64,000 nt of DNA, taken from Bispira polyomma (lineage: Eukaryota). Below, one piece after another: positions 1-12,482 of this stretch. Numbering within the stretch: the first letter of the stretch is position 1; each line of letters opens with the position of its first letter. The notes beneath the pieces were generated by a model. It ran no database searches. It was not told the origin of the DNA and was given only the letters and a program-made list of their open reading frames with translations. The stretch lies in contig OZ287752.1 in NCBI GenBank assembly GCA_965649765.1, forward strand, positions 46,128,001 through 46,192,000. Direction: 5' to 3'. The translations under genes and the position numbers were made by a program.

Positions 1-225
1 TTGCAAAATAAATTGTTTGGTCGTTTTGAGAGCTGTAAGAAATCGTTATTATCAGGTTTTAAAGCAAAATTATGGGAAAAATAAATTATTGAAACATTTT
101 TTAAGGTGATTTGGTTGTTTATGCACATATATTTCAGATTTTTTTTTGTTGTAACTTATACATTGACAGATAGACAGATAATATTAGTTTACTTTTAGGT
201 AGACAGCTTGAAAAATAGTACATGT

Positions 226-263
226 CTCCGAGATTTGTGACCGCAAGGTCACTTCCTCTTGTT
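226..263 (+). mobile_element. 3' end of a Helentron-associated non-autonomous element (HINE)
   Basis: Sub-TIR CTCCGAGAT (226-234; reverse complement of ATCTCGGAG at 61325), hairpin GTGACC-GCAA-GGTCAC (237-252), end TTCCTCTTGTT. Confidence 0.6.
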
Positions 264-315
264 ATATCTTAGAATGCTACATTATTATTCAATAAATATT
301 AAATAGCATATCAGC

Positions 316-912
316 TGACCTTTAATGCCTACTTCAAGGTCAAATGTGTGTCCATACTTTAGACCCTTATATCTTGCTTATTATGGGGCTCTCAGGTTTG
401 GCATGTGCAACCAACTTCCGGGAAATTATGAGCTGGAAATCAGTTAAGCATGTCCAACTTTACCTTTGACTTCTCCTTCAGGTTCAAAGGAGTGTTAATG
501 TTTTCACTTCATTGTTGGCTCTTCTATTTAGGAAAAAATGTGCTTCAGTTATTAATTGTCTTAACAGTATCATCTCAAGATATGTATGTGGTTTACACAT
601 CTTACTATTACTGGATTAAAGATCTTGTATTTTCTATATGAAAATGTTTCTTATTTCTAAAAAGTGCTCTCCATCCACAGCTATCTGGTATCCCCTAATT
701 TATTTCAAGAATGTACAGATACAAGAACCATTCCAATTGTTAAAATTTCCAAATTGTTGTTTTATGAGGGTAGTTTAGGGAGCATGACAGCTAATCGATA
801 TCAGTAACACCAATCCTCGATAATATGACACCCACAAAAATGGGGCACCTACCGAGACAAAACTCAGACCTACATTGCAAAGCTCCATTGTAAGGTAAAT
901 CGCCAACATTTT
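316..912 (+). repeat. Interspersed repeat, copy 1 (starts with a unit related to the 147-bp HINE satellite)
   Basis: Collinear with 53375-53975 over about 600 bp, e.g. TACTGGATTAAAGATCTTGTATTTTCTATATGAAAATGTTTCTTATTTCTA in both. Confidence 0.85.
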
Positions 913-1149
913 AGGAGAAATTACCTAGGCATCAAGGAGGTGGCTGTAGAGTCACCAACTGGTCCTGGGCATGAACTGGTCCTATTCTACAAGACTCGAG
1001 GCTTGTAGAGGTCTTGTTAGATATTTTCGTCATGTAGATCTTTTTAGTCATTGGCAAAGTAAACATACTTTTAATCAAAACGAAAACATAAAAATTATAG
1101 TAAGTGTTACATAAGAGGTCGGCCTTGTATTTATGTAATAAAGTCAATG

Positions 1150-1240
1150 TTTAAGGCCACCTTAAGGTCTTACTTTGAGGTAACTTTAAGGTAATCCTCA
1201 CAGTTATCCAGCGATGTGGCCCCACAGGCCTATCTAGTTA
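1150..1240 (+). mobile_element. HINE-type 3' end
   Basis: AGCGATGTGGCCCCACAGGCCTATCTAGTT: short palindrome then CTAGTT, resembling bivalve HINE termini as recalled. Confidence 0.5.
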
Positions 1241-1352
1241 GTAGTTTCTGTCTGCTTTTATTCTCAATAAAATACTTGACATTTGGATAAGTTGTTTAAG
1301 TGGTGGATCTGTAAATATTTGTTATATTTTCCTTATATTTTTATCTTGTCAG

Positions 1353-1496
1353 CTGCCTGCAACAGCACAGCATTCAACATTGAAGTAAAGAAATATGAAC
1401 CTGCACCACCACCAACAATTCGAGACTATATGAACCCCAATGTAGGGAATACGATGTATGAAACAAGCAACACATTTCAACAGGAATGGTTGACGG
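1353..1496 (+). CDS. HEATR4: Host gene internal exon A (144 nt, phase 1-1), HEAT repeat-containing protein 4-like
   Basis: Pyrimidine tract ...TTTTATCTTGTCAG acceptor and G|GTATGT donor. Open frame ACNSTAFNIEVKKYEPAPPPTIRDYMNPNVGNTMYETSNTFQQEWLT; P-x2-G-x3-Y-x-T-x-NTF-x-QE matches the HEATR4 motif as recalled. Phase matches exon B. Confidence 0.72.
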
Positions 1497-1655
1497 GTAT
1501 GTCTTGTTAACGTTGAGTATTATTGATCAAGCTCATAGCTGTTTGTATCTAGTGAATACTTTGGTTTATGTGCAATGTGTTTTTGTTCAATAATGCTCTC
1601 CAAGGAAAGCTATTGTGCTATTGTAACTAGCCTCACCAAATTTTCTGGATATAAT

Positions 1656-2745
1656 TGTATCCACTGGTGGATACATTGCTTTACGCTCTGTTATGCCGCT
1701 GCTGCATCAGTGTATGTAGAGATTTAATCGTTGCCGCTCTTCTGGAAAAACTTTAAAACCTAGGCTCCTGAAATTCACAGGAAATGTTCTTTATTACAAA
1801 AGCTTGCCTGAAAGTAATTTTGGCCTCATTTTGAAAAAGAAGATGACCGCCACGGGCGTTTCTTTGAAAATAATCACGCTTTTAACTGTGTCTGTTTCTT
1901 ACCAGTAAAAGGTTGAATATCTTAACAGGTGTTATGTTTAACGGATATATATGTACTGTATAAGCATGCAGACATTTGACCTTGAATCTCCTCCTCATCG
2001 ACAGAGTGCCAAAGTACCCCATGTGACCGATTTTGGCCAAACTTGAAAGTGCCTATATCTCGCTTATTTTTGGTCGGATCGACTGTAGAATCCCCCTGAC
2101 GGAAGTGGAAATAATATAATTAATTTAATTTATTTAATTAATGTGCATAAATTATGCAAATTAATTTTTCTAATATGGCAGAGGATGGTTACAGGTTGAC
2201 AAGATAATATAGAAATAATGAGGTTGCAAGGTCGACAAGGTTGACCAAACCAAGTTATACATATGGAGTTTATGAGGTAGATAGGTAGACAAGGTCGACA
2301 GGTCGACAAGGCAGACAATTTATTTTAATTTTGTAATAAATGTTTATAAGTATTTGTGAAACCTAAAGTAGACAGATTGAAAAGATCGACAAGGTCGACA
2401 AATATAAAAAATTTTTTTTTTTTGGTAGTAATATTTTGTCGACCTTATATCCCATTAAAAAAAAAAAAATATTTATCAAATATCTGATTTAAGATTTTGT
2501 CGACCTTGTCTACCTATAACATTTATGGTAAGTTTCATTGTTTAGTTTTTTTCTCTTAATTATTACATAAATTAATTTATGCAAATTAATTATTAAATAT
2601 TTGCTATTTTATGGTAATTTACTATTAATTATAATATTACCACTTCCGTCAGGGGTATTCTACAGTTCAGCTTTTTGGTCAAACAGGTTTTGCAAGTGAA
2701 ACCAACCTATAAAAAATCATGGCCTGGAAATTTTTTGATGTTTAT
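1656..2745 (+). mobile_element. 3'-truncated copy of the satellite-bearing HINE (same family as 39681-41167), interrupted by a MITE
   Basis: Starts with palindrome TGTATCCAC-TG-GTGGATACA; 1700-2075 collinear with about 39740-40110; resumes after 2680 in a satellite unit. Confidence 0.8.
2076..2671. mobile_element. Foldback/Mutator-like MITE with 9-bp TSD
   Basis: TIRs ACTGTAGAATCCCCCTGACGGAAGTGG (2082-2108) and 2640-2666 with 1 mismatch; TSD TTTTTGGTC at 2067-2075 and 2672-2680; internal GGTCGACAA/TTGTCGACC modules. Confidence 0.9.
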
Positions 2746-3084
2746 AACAGTGGGTTCTCTGTTTTCAGCTAAACTAAACACTTCAAATTGGATACATTTA
2801 CAAAATATATTAATTTAAAAAGTTAAAAGCCTTGTTTCAAATTTAGGCAAATCCTCACTCATTTCAAGATGGATAGACACAATTTCCTGTTTATATACAT
2901 ATTATAGTTTCTTATATACCTGAAAATAAAGACGATATTTAAATATCAATTCCTGTAAAAATATTTTTCCACACAATCAACCTTTTTCCAAATTTATCAT
3001 CTTGGGAATTTATTTGTATATAGTTCTTTTTAATTCTTTCTGCAAGTAATAAATAATAATTACTCTATTTTTTTAACAATAATA

Positions 3085-3594
3085 CCGGTTCCGCTCTTCA
3101 TCTCGCCCATGTTTGCGTAAACGCCCATCCCCAACTTTTTAAATATTACGGAAAATGGCCAATTAATTTTGCAATAAACCGTATCAAATAACAAATACCA
3201 TCAAGAAACTATCAAAAATTGATGTTTTTATGTGCAAAACTTTGTAAAACATACCAGTTTAAGGTAACATATAACCACCTATCATTTGCGCTTCCTGTGT
3301 ACACTAACAATGGTGACGTTTTCTCACCTGGGAGCACCTGTAATTTCCGGTACACAGTTGAAGATGAAAACAACAAAATGGGGCTGTTTTTCGCAAGAAA
3401 TTGTATGGATTTGTTGATTATTTTATATCACAGATGGAATAGGTAATTTTTGTGTATTTTATGTCATTTTAAGGTGTTTTTACGGATTAAAACAAAACGA
3501 GTTCGCGTAATGGCCCATTCTCGCAAACGCCCACCCCCAACTTCTTTGAATTTTCGTCGTTTTCGCCCCTGGGCGCTTCCGAGAGCGGAACCGG
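3085..3594. mobile_element. Tc1/mariner (pogo/Tigger-like) MITE
   Basis: TA|CCGGTTCCGCTCT ... AGAGCGGAACCGG|TA perfect TIRs with TA flanks; internal repeat AAACGCCCAYCCCCAACTT near both ends. Confidence 0.88.
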
Positions 3595-4076
3595 TATATA
3601 TATCTCCTTGTAACTAATAGAATTAGATTCATAGGCAAAAGATCCAGGCCATGGACAGGTAACCAAGTATTTTTACAGTATTAGTCATTATAAAATCTAT
3701 TCCATGTTCATTTAAAATCCATTTTCAACCTGGGTTGCGTGCATGCGCAAGCAAGATTCTTACTTTGGAGCTCCAGATTTTTGACTGTCAACAAGCAGAT
3801 CTCGGAACAGGCAGGGAATTATGGTCTGAAATTTGCATCGAGTCTAGAGCTCTGGCTCTTGTGCTCCCGTTTTGATTTTGGGGTCGATTCCAATATCAGA
3901 AAGCTGGAAAACCACCAAAGATGGCTCACAGAGTCAATTCTGTACCACATCTGTATTGTAATGTACAGATACCAATACAGCAGCCCCATGTCATCCAACA
4001 GCTTCCACCAAAGAGTGCTTTGTTTTTTTTTTCACTAAACTCAAGTAACAACTTGCTTGACATAAAAACCTCTTAA

Positions 4077-4952
4077 GGGGCTATGAACGTAAACACATAA
4101 ACTGATCGCTGAGAACCACGTCAACTGTGTTTGAGCTTCTCACAAACTGAAATACTTTTATTTTTGTGCCCTAAACTCGATTTATGAACAATACATTTAC
4201 ATTTTTGTGAGTAGAAATTATAAAGAATGACTTGTATTATAATTATATACTAATTCATATATTTTACTTGTCATTTTAATAGGTATTTACGAACATACAA
4301 TACAGATAGCAGTGCGTAAAATTGTAACTAAAATGCATCATATTTTCAAAATACATGCTTCACAAACGTGACACAATTCACACACAAGAAGTAATTAATG
4401 CTGAAGTATTGTACATGACTAGAAAAAGCAAAACTTCATCATTATTTTGAATAAATTATTTTTTCAATCAAAATACAAAAACTGGGATTATTTCAGAAAA
4501 ATATTTAAGTTATCATTTCTTAAAAGAAAGAGTCTTTTATATTCTTTGTTTACATAACATAAGGAAACCTATTTAAAAATGTAATTCATTCAAAATAATA
4601 TACATGTATTCTAAAGTTGTATAGCGTATATAATGTCTTTATATATGTTGGATCAATACTCGTATTGTGTTATGATAAAAAGGTCTCTCTGCGAGAATTT
4701 TTTACAAATATGACGTTCCTAATAGATTTCAAATTGTGTGACGTCACAATACAAGAATCGTTATACTACTGTTTTAATCACTTTTTAACAATATAATCAA
4801 ATTCTAAATGGTGTTTGCATATAAAAATTATTTAAACGGTCACTAAAGTACTATTTTAAGGCCGCTGTATTGGGTATATGTACTAAAATTGAAATTCGTA
4901 AATGGAAGATAATATTTTGGCAGCGCATTTATGGGTTTATGTTTATAGCCCC
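4077..4952 (+). mobile_element. Non-autonomous TTAA-specific DNA transposon (Kolobok-like), copy 1
   Basis: TTAA at 4073-4076 and 4953-4956; TIR GGGGCTATGAACGTAAACACATAAA versus its right-end complement; GG termini; inverted homologue at 51379-52253. Confidence 0.85.
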
Positions 4953-5522
4953 TTAAACATAGTGATACAATTAAAATAAGTGGAGTTACTTGTTTTACAA
5001 ATAAAAGAAAAGGCGTAAGTGCTCAGGTGGGGTGGCTTTACTTGTGAATGATTGTTTGTTATTATGAAATTTGTGGATCTAGTAGATAACTGCTGTAAAG
5101 GAATAATTGGTATCAAAATTAAACAGAAGTATAGTAATGAAAAAATTCTGATTTACTTATGTTATCTTGCACCTGAGGATTCACCATGGGCATGGAGGGG
5201 TGGGCGATTACATGAGCATTGGCCATTATGATATAGGATGCCAGCAAACAAGGTTAACAAACTGCATCATACCCAACATTACGTGTTTTGTTTACTAGTA
5301 CTGCAAGTTCGGTGCGAAAAGCTAATTCAGTGTTCAGTCCGTTCCAAATGAACAAACTTCAGTTTGTGATTGGACATTTATTTATGAACTAAAATATCCT
5401 CAAAAAGTTATAAAAACCCTACATTTTATGGCAAATACTACTACCATTTCCTAATATAGCTACATGTTGGAGCCATCCAACCCATTGGCTAATGCAGAGA
5501 TGCAAAAATTAAGGTATAGTAC

Positions 5523-6277
5523 TACTGTTACTTGCCGTTTTCCAACCTTTGGCCGTTTCGAAACGGTTATAGCCGTTTCGGGTCCTTTGCTAAGTTGTGA
5601 AATGGCTTGGCAGTTTTGAAACGGCCATGCCTGTTTCAGGACTTAAAAAAAATTAATATTGAATATTTCATTAATATTTTTATGTTAACAGTTATCAATG
5701 GAATTGAACAACAAATGTAATATTATGTGCTGACATTAAAGAAATATATCTATTAAGAGATTAAATGTATATTACAAAAAAATTAAAACAGAACTAATGT
5801 ATCAATAAAGTGATTGGGTAAAAAATAAATACTTGGTCAATTCTCAAATAGGTGAACTTCCAACTCGTTAATTAAGTTACACTGGTACTGTTATCTTAAA
5901 TTGTTTATTTCTGTTAATTAAGTTACACTAGTGCTGTTACCTTAAATTGTTTAAATTTTTACAATTTTATTGTCAGAATATGTTTTTACTGTAAACAAAA
6001 ATTATGTTTTAGGAAAAAAAACACAAACTGTGCTTTTTAAAACATTAACAAAAATTATTTAAAACAAATACAATTAAGTATAGCTTTAATTCCGCTTATA
6101 GATTTGTTTTATTTACTTATCAGTCAATATTCAATGAAGAAACAAATATTTAAAATGATTTTGGGTAGGTCCTGAAACGGCCAGGCCATATCAGGACCAA
6201 TGTTGGTCCTAAAACGGCCAAGATAAATAGGTGGCCGTTTTGAAACTGCCAAGGTCGGCATTCGGCCAGCTACACTA
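5523..6277. mobile_element. MITE with imperfect TIRs, inserted in the DIRS left ITR
   Basis: Ends about 45-bp imperfect inverted repeats; subterminal GGCCGTTTYGAAACGG modules at both ends; TSD unclear. Confidence 0.7.
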
Positions 6278-6386
6278 CTATCACAATAACTTTTTTTGTG
6301 ATTTTTAGATTATAGTTATATTTGAGATTGTTTTTCTATAATAGTACAAGTTTGTTTTATTCGCTTAAATCCAGTGAGAAGACAGA

Positions 6387-7020
6387 TGTAACTTGATCAA
6401 CTTTATTTAGTAAATATAATTAACAAATCCATATGTAATAATCCAGTAGACATATTTTCACAATCTGATTTTATTCATTTTCATTTATTGATAACATAAA
6501 TTTCCACAAGATTAAAAGCATTCACTTTGATACACACAAACACATATAGCACTAATATAATTAACACTTGTCCTGCTTATATATAAGTTATCTCAAATTT
6601 ATATCTATTTCATGTTCCCTATTCTGCCTATTCTGTTTCACTATTCTGACTATTCTATTTCTCTTATATAATTTTCTCTTAATGCTCCTATATTCTATAT
6701 CTAAAACTTTCCTTCTATTTCCTAAACCAAAACAATTCTCTAACTTTTCTTTTTTTCTTTCTACATACATTCTAAACTATATATAAGGGTTGACTACTTA
6801 GACCTTGACCAGAGATTGGGTAGGGAGCTGACCAATAAGAAGTCATAACCTTTGACCTGAAAGGTCATTGGTCACTTCCACAAATTATCCACGGTCCACT
6901 GTATAGTGAGACACTCTTCTTAATTTTTGTTCATCATTACTGAGACAGTGACATCAAAGACAATACAACAATACAAACATGCCCACCTTTTAAGATAGGC
7001 AATCACAGTTTGACATTACA
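6387..7020 (-). mobile_element. Possible solo LTR
   Basis: TGTAA...TTACA ends; minus-strand AATAAA just inside 6387 and TATA-like 6777-6787; flanks ACAGA/CAAGA give only an imperfect TSD. Confidence 0.35.
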
Positions 7021-9289
7021 CAAGATATTTTACAACAGGGCATTTCCAGCAGGGTTACATGTACAATAAAATTATGACATCAATTGGTACAAAAGATAAA
7101 AGTGATATCTAAACATCTGGGTGTATTGTTTTTTGAAAAAATTTAACAATAAACATAAAAGACAATATGGTTTTTGAAGTAGTTTTCTATCCAAAAAGTT
7201 ACTAATAAAATCTCTGATGTGTGAGCTAATTGCCTTTGATATATTTTATGACAATACAAATGAGGAATTACATTTTCAGTAAAATATGTAGGACAATATT
7301 CTATTCTGGACACCTGGGTGCGTTAAAATACATATAATAAAAAGTAGTTATAATTTTAGACTGATAAATATTTACATTTAAACAAAATGTTAAATTTGCC
7401 AATTTCTGGATGTGTGATACTACCTTAACCAGCCAATGGGTATATACAGTAGTCCAGCCTCTCGCCAAAAGGGTCACATGACCACTTGTTTACTTCATTA
7501 TTTTTGTTGGCCATCAACAGTGAGGTCCATCTTTGGAAATATTTGGAGTTTAAGGGTTTTTCTTTTTTACTTTTTTTTACTCCATCTATTCAACTAATAA
7601 TAGTTGTATCTACAAGACAATGAATTCAACAACTTATGCAGAGAGAGAAGTGACAAGGTTGATCCAACGATTAACTTAAATATTAAGCAATCTTTTGCAG
7701 CCATTTAAGTGAATGGGTCTTTCTTATATAGCTTAAACACTATTGAGAAGAGGCTTTTAGTAGACTTAACACCACAGGAAGTGATAGAACGAGTAAGCAG
7801 AATATATGCCCCTTTGGTTGTCATTGGCAACAAGGTCTCATCTAAAACTTAACAGACGGACTAGTGAGCAGAAGATCAGACTGCAATAAGAGGTTCCATC
7901 CTGCTACTAATTCTAGAATGCGAAACGCTTCACCGAAGATCACTCCACCAGTCCACGTTTTAGCTTGTCCCAGGGCAAGTGCTATGGATGATGTAAACAG
8001 AGCATCAGTACCCCCTAATTTATCGTTATTGAGGCGACACAGAAGTTTTACATGTTTACTGCTGTACCCTTAAAATCATGTTTAGATGTATATCATGAGG
8101 ATGCTGAGTATACGGTTACAGAAGATGGGGACCAGCCAGTACAGAATTATGCGGAGACTTTGTATACACTGAAGAAATGCCTGACTATTGCTTGATTTTA
8201 TTTAGAAAGCAGTCATTGGCAGTCATCTTAAGTCACGTAGAGAGCTTCAGTACCACCTAAAAATCTGTAGTAAGGCGAAACAGAATTTTAGAGGTTACTC
8301 TTTTAAAAAGATTACCATGTGACATCTCAAGCACAGTATTTCCACCAGCTGGAATTGGAGGAAGCTGTCAGGTTTTTAAGGAGTTCCAGCCTTTAAGTAG
8401 AATTCCTTTACTGAACACAGCCCAGCTTTGAAATGGTATCACATCTCTTTTTTAAGCTCCTGCAAGTTTTCTCTGAAAGACAGTATGCTTTGTGCAGTAC
8501 TGTCAGTAGAGAGGATATTAGTGTTTCTAAATCTCACCTATTGGTTCTTTTTAGCTATACCTCATCGATTGCTGACATTTACAACAGTAGGCTTCAGCTT
8601 AAGTCAGTGGACTCAAAAAAAGACAGTGCTTTGAAGGTATGACGACTGTATTCAGTTACAGTTTCTATCAATAGTTCTTTAAGCAAAAGGATGATCACTT
8701 TGATGGAAACTTCAATGTCTCACAGCAGATATGTCTTTTCTGTAAGTCTGAAGTTGTGTTCCAAGATGTCAATGACAATAATTCACCGAAGCTGAGAATT
8801 TTATCCTGCATACAGAATGTCTTGTTCCTGTGTAGAACTTACCTAGATCCTACTTAACTCACATGTGAATAGAGATTCTGCTAGTCCACATGGCAACAAC
8901 AGATATAATTCCTTCACATATCTTTACTCAGAAGGAAGGTTATCTCTTCAACCAAGGAATTTTTCAAGTCTTCCATAAGCACCAGAATGAAGTCACTGTC
9001 AGTGCCCAGGAGGCAGTTTGTCTATTTTTTGGCAGGCATGGCAGAAATAGAATTGGAAGGATGTACCTGCAAGATTTTTGCAAGAAGTGCAAATTTTGAA
9101 GGAAGAATATTGCCTGAATTTCAACTTTTTTTGCAAAATTACACTTACCTCTTTCTAACAGAAACTAGAATTAGAAGGATGTATCTGCAAGATTTTTGCA
9201 AGAAGTGCAAATTTTGAAGGAAGAATATTGCCTGAATTTCAACTTTTATTGGAAAAATACACTTACCTCTTCCTAACTAAAGCACAATT

Positions 9290-12200
9290 AAAATAGCCGA
9301 AAAAGCTGTCACCCTACCTTAAACCTGTAGTTCAGTGGTGTACTTATTAACCCATTTATGACCAGGTCATGTGATCTCGTTTGAATCCTCACAATATTTT
9401 TGACCATCATAGTGTACACACCATCTTGGAATTTTTTTATAGGGTTTTCGTTGTTTACTTGATATAATGGCGGATGATGGTTCTTTAGTAGTGAAGAGAC
9501 AATGTCTGACCTGTAAGCATTGGCTTCTGGCGTGGGACAACCTTGATGCATGTATAAGATGCAGATATGAAGGAAAGTATGAATTTTGTCGGCCAGATAT
9601 GGCGGAAAAATGTCGTATTTGTTTAGGCTTTTCTGATAAACAGACATTGTTAAAGTAAGATTTCTTAAATATAGTCAGAAAGCTCAAGCTAAGAGATGTT
9701 CTGCAAGGGGAGTATACGGATGGTCAACATGATGTAGTGAAATCCCCTGTTGTTCCAAGTGTCCTGGAATCGCTGGCTTTGTTGTTGTCGCAAGTGGGTT
9801 CCCTAGCAACCAGAATGGACAATTCAAAAAGCCCTCCTCGCTTAAGAAGAAAGACTCGGCAAAATCTACGAAATCTTTGAGGAGAAAGTCAGCACATAAA
9901 GCCTCGGCTTTTTCCAAGTCAAAGTCCTCATCTAGATCTGCTTCAAAGTCTGACTCCAAGGGAAATCCAACTCGGCTAAACGCCTTGAGGAATCTTCAGA
10001 TGGCTTGTTTAGTACTGGAAATGTGTCGCAGGGTCCTATCCCTAGCACTCATTTGAAACCAGTCGACAATGCAAAGGCTTCTACTGTTACTGGGCCTAGT
10101 AACCACACATCTACAAGGAAGTCTTTTACAGAGCCTTCAAGGGGCCTTGATTTTGAGGCAAGCTATCAGGGAGGCCACGACTTTTTAAAGGCCAGGAAAC
10201 TCTAGGCGGAAATTTTTTGTCAGTAGGCCATGGGCCTTCACTACAGTGTACTGGCAACGACCCTGCACGCCCACATAATTATACCACACCCACTAGCCAT
10301 GATGATCTTTCTACTGAAGGTTCAGATGAGGAATCTGGTGAGCTGTCTGGCTCTGAAGTTATACACAGGAAGAGGCCTCATTCGGTATCACCAGGACATG
10401 AAGGTGATAGGTCATATGTTGAGCCAGAGATAGATCCATCTTATTCAGAAATGCTAGCAGCCATCAGAAAATTACTTCCATAAAGCACCTCCAACTTTAT
10501 TCAACTAAAAACTGTCCAAAAAAGCGTCAACCTTATCTGCATTGGTGTTTCCTCCAGCTGCCAACATGGAGGATGCGTGGAACTACAGACAAAAGAAGGC
10601 CTCAGGAAGGGATTCTTCAGGCAGTTTAAAGGCTCAGCCTCTTGGCAAGGGACACTTTCTCAATTTTGATAAGCCTGTGATGAAGTGGTACTCCACATCA
10701 CCCCAGCCATTGCACTGACGCCACCTAAGTTGCCAGATGGATATTCCAACATAGCCAGGTCTTCAGTTGTGTTTAATATTACCACTGCAACAAAACAGTA
10801 CCTGTCTCACGAGCAGGCTGCAAGTGAAAATGTCCAGATTCTGGGCCATGCCTCATGGTTCAGTCTGGCTTTACAGGAGATTCTGGGCCATGCCTCATGG
10901 TTCAGTCTGGCATTACAGGAGATAAATTCCAGGATAGCACAGTTGTCTGCTGAAATAAGAGCATGTAATACCAGGGATGATCTCAATAAGAAGTTGGATT
11001 CCTTAGACCATTATAGCCAACTTCACTCATCAATCACTACTTCTTTGGATACTGGTTGAGATACTATAGTATCTCATAGTATGACTTTGGCATGCAACTT
11101 GTTACTAAACAGTAGGGATTCATACTTGAGGGATTGTCATGACCAAGTAACATCAGATGATTTGAACTTGTTAAGATCTGCCCTGTTTGTGTCAAAGGAG
11201 GTTTTTCCTGCAGACGTTTGGACAAGGGTAGAGAAGCATTACATACAAAGACTTCATGACCCAAGTCAACAGCACGTTCGTAAACAAAGTTACAGGGCAA
11301 TCAGAGTTTTGACAGGAGAGATAGCTGTCCTCACAACCAGAAGCCCTATAACAGGCCAAACACTCAGCAACCTCAGAAGAAATCTGGGGCTTACCGACAG
11401 TTTAACCAACAACAGTCCACGAAGCCTGCGTATCAATCGAACTCATCCTCTTTTCCTGGCTCTCGCGGAAGAGGAAGAAGGACCTGACTATCGTGCCATC
11501 TTGCGAGCAGGGGGACGTTTAAAAGGTTTTTATCAGGTATGGAAATATTTTCAAGTACATCCAAGTGTAGTCCACATTTTACAGCACAGCTATTGACTAG
11601 ATTTTCGGATTCGGCCATCGTTGGCTTGGTTTCCAACCATAGTAAGCAGTTTTGCAGATCCGCAGAAACAAAAACTACTTCTACAGGCGGTGACAGATAT
11701 GTTAGACAAAAAGGCAATAGTACCGGTTGTAAAGAGGGCTTTACTAGGTTTCTACAGTCGCTTGTTCCTAGTTCCAAAACCTCAAAACAAATGAAGACCA
11801 GTGATAGATTTGGGTACAGTCAACAAGTTCTTAATATTCCGACATTCAAAATGGAAACGGCGAAGCCGATTCGGAAGTCGTTGGTCAGGGGCAAATGGGT
11901 GATATCGCTTGATCTCACAGACGCATATTTTCACATTCCCATTCATCAAACTTGTCAAAAATACCTGCGGTTTCAGGTAGCAGATCAGGCTTACCAGTTT
12001 GTAGATCTGCTATTCGGCTTGGCGAGAGTCCCTCTCGAGTTCAACAGAAATTTTTAGCTTTGGCTTACAATCATACACCAGTATCCCGACGACTGGCTGT
12101 TAAGAACCAAATCTCGAGTGCTTTGTATTCAGGAGACACAGAAATTACTGGATCTAATTCAGAAATAGGTTGGCTAGTAAATTTTAAAAAATCAGAGCTC

Positions 12201-12482
12201 GTTCCAATGTAAAAACTCGATTTCTTGGGATACCACTTCGATCTCGAGAACGGTCCGGTATTTCCAACAACAACAAAAAAAATGTTCTGTACTCAAAGAT
12301 CACATTGTTTCCATTCAAGATGCAAAGTTTATAACTCCAAGCTAATGTCCCTAATAGGCACCATGGCTTCAATGGAAAAACAGATCCCATTTGCAAGGTT
12401 TCACATGAAGCCGTTCCAATGGTATCTTAAAAGGTACTGGATGTATCATCAATCCCTAGATTTGAGGATTCCAGTCAAGTGA
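9290..12482 (+). mobile_element. Decayed DIRS fragment (family B: gag plus RT) nested in DIRS-A copy 1
   Basis: Gag N-terminal CLTC..WD..C..C (9467-9658); gag core (10685-11290, RDSYL); RT GGRLKGFYQVW, FKMET, SLDLTDAYFHIPIH, KSELVP; frameshifted and 3'-truncated. Confidence 0.85.

Noticed and set aside
6568-6786. Hydrophobic and basic ORFs on both strands
   Set aside because: Low-complexity CTATT-rich sequence with no coding signature.
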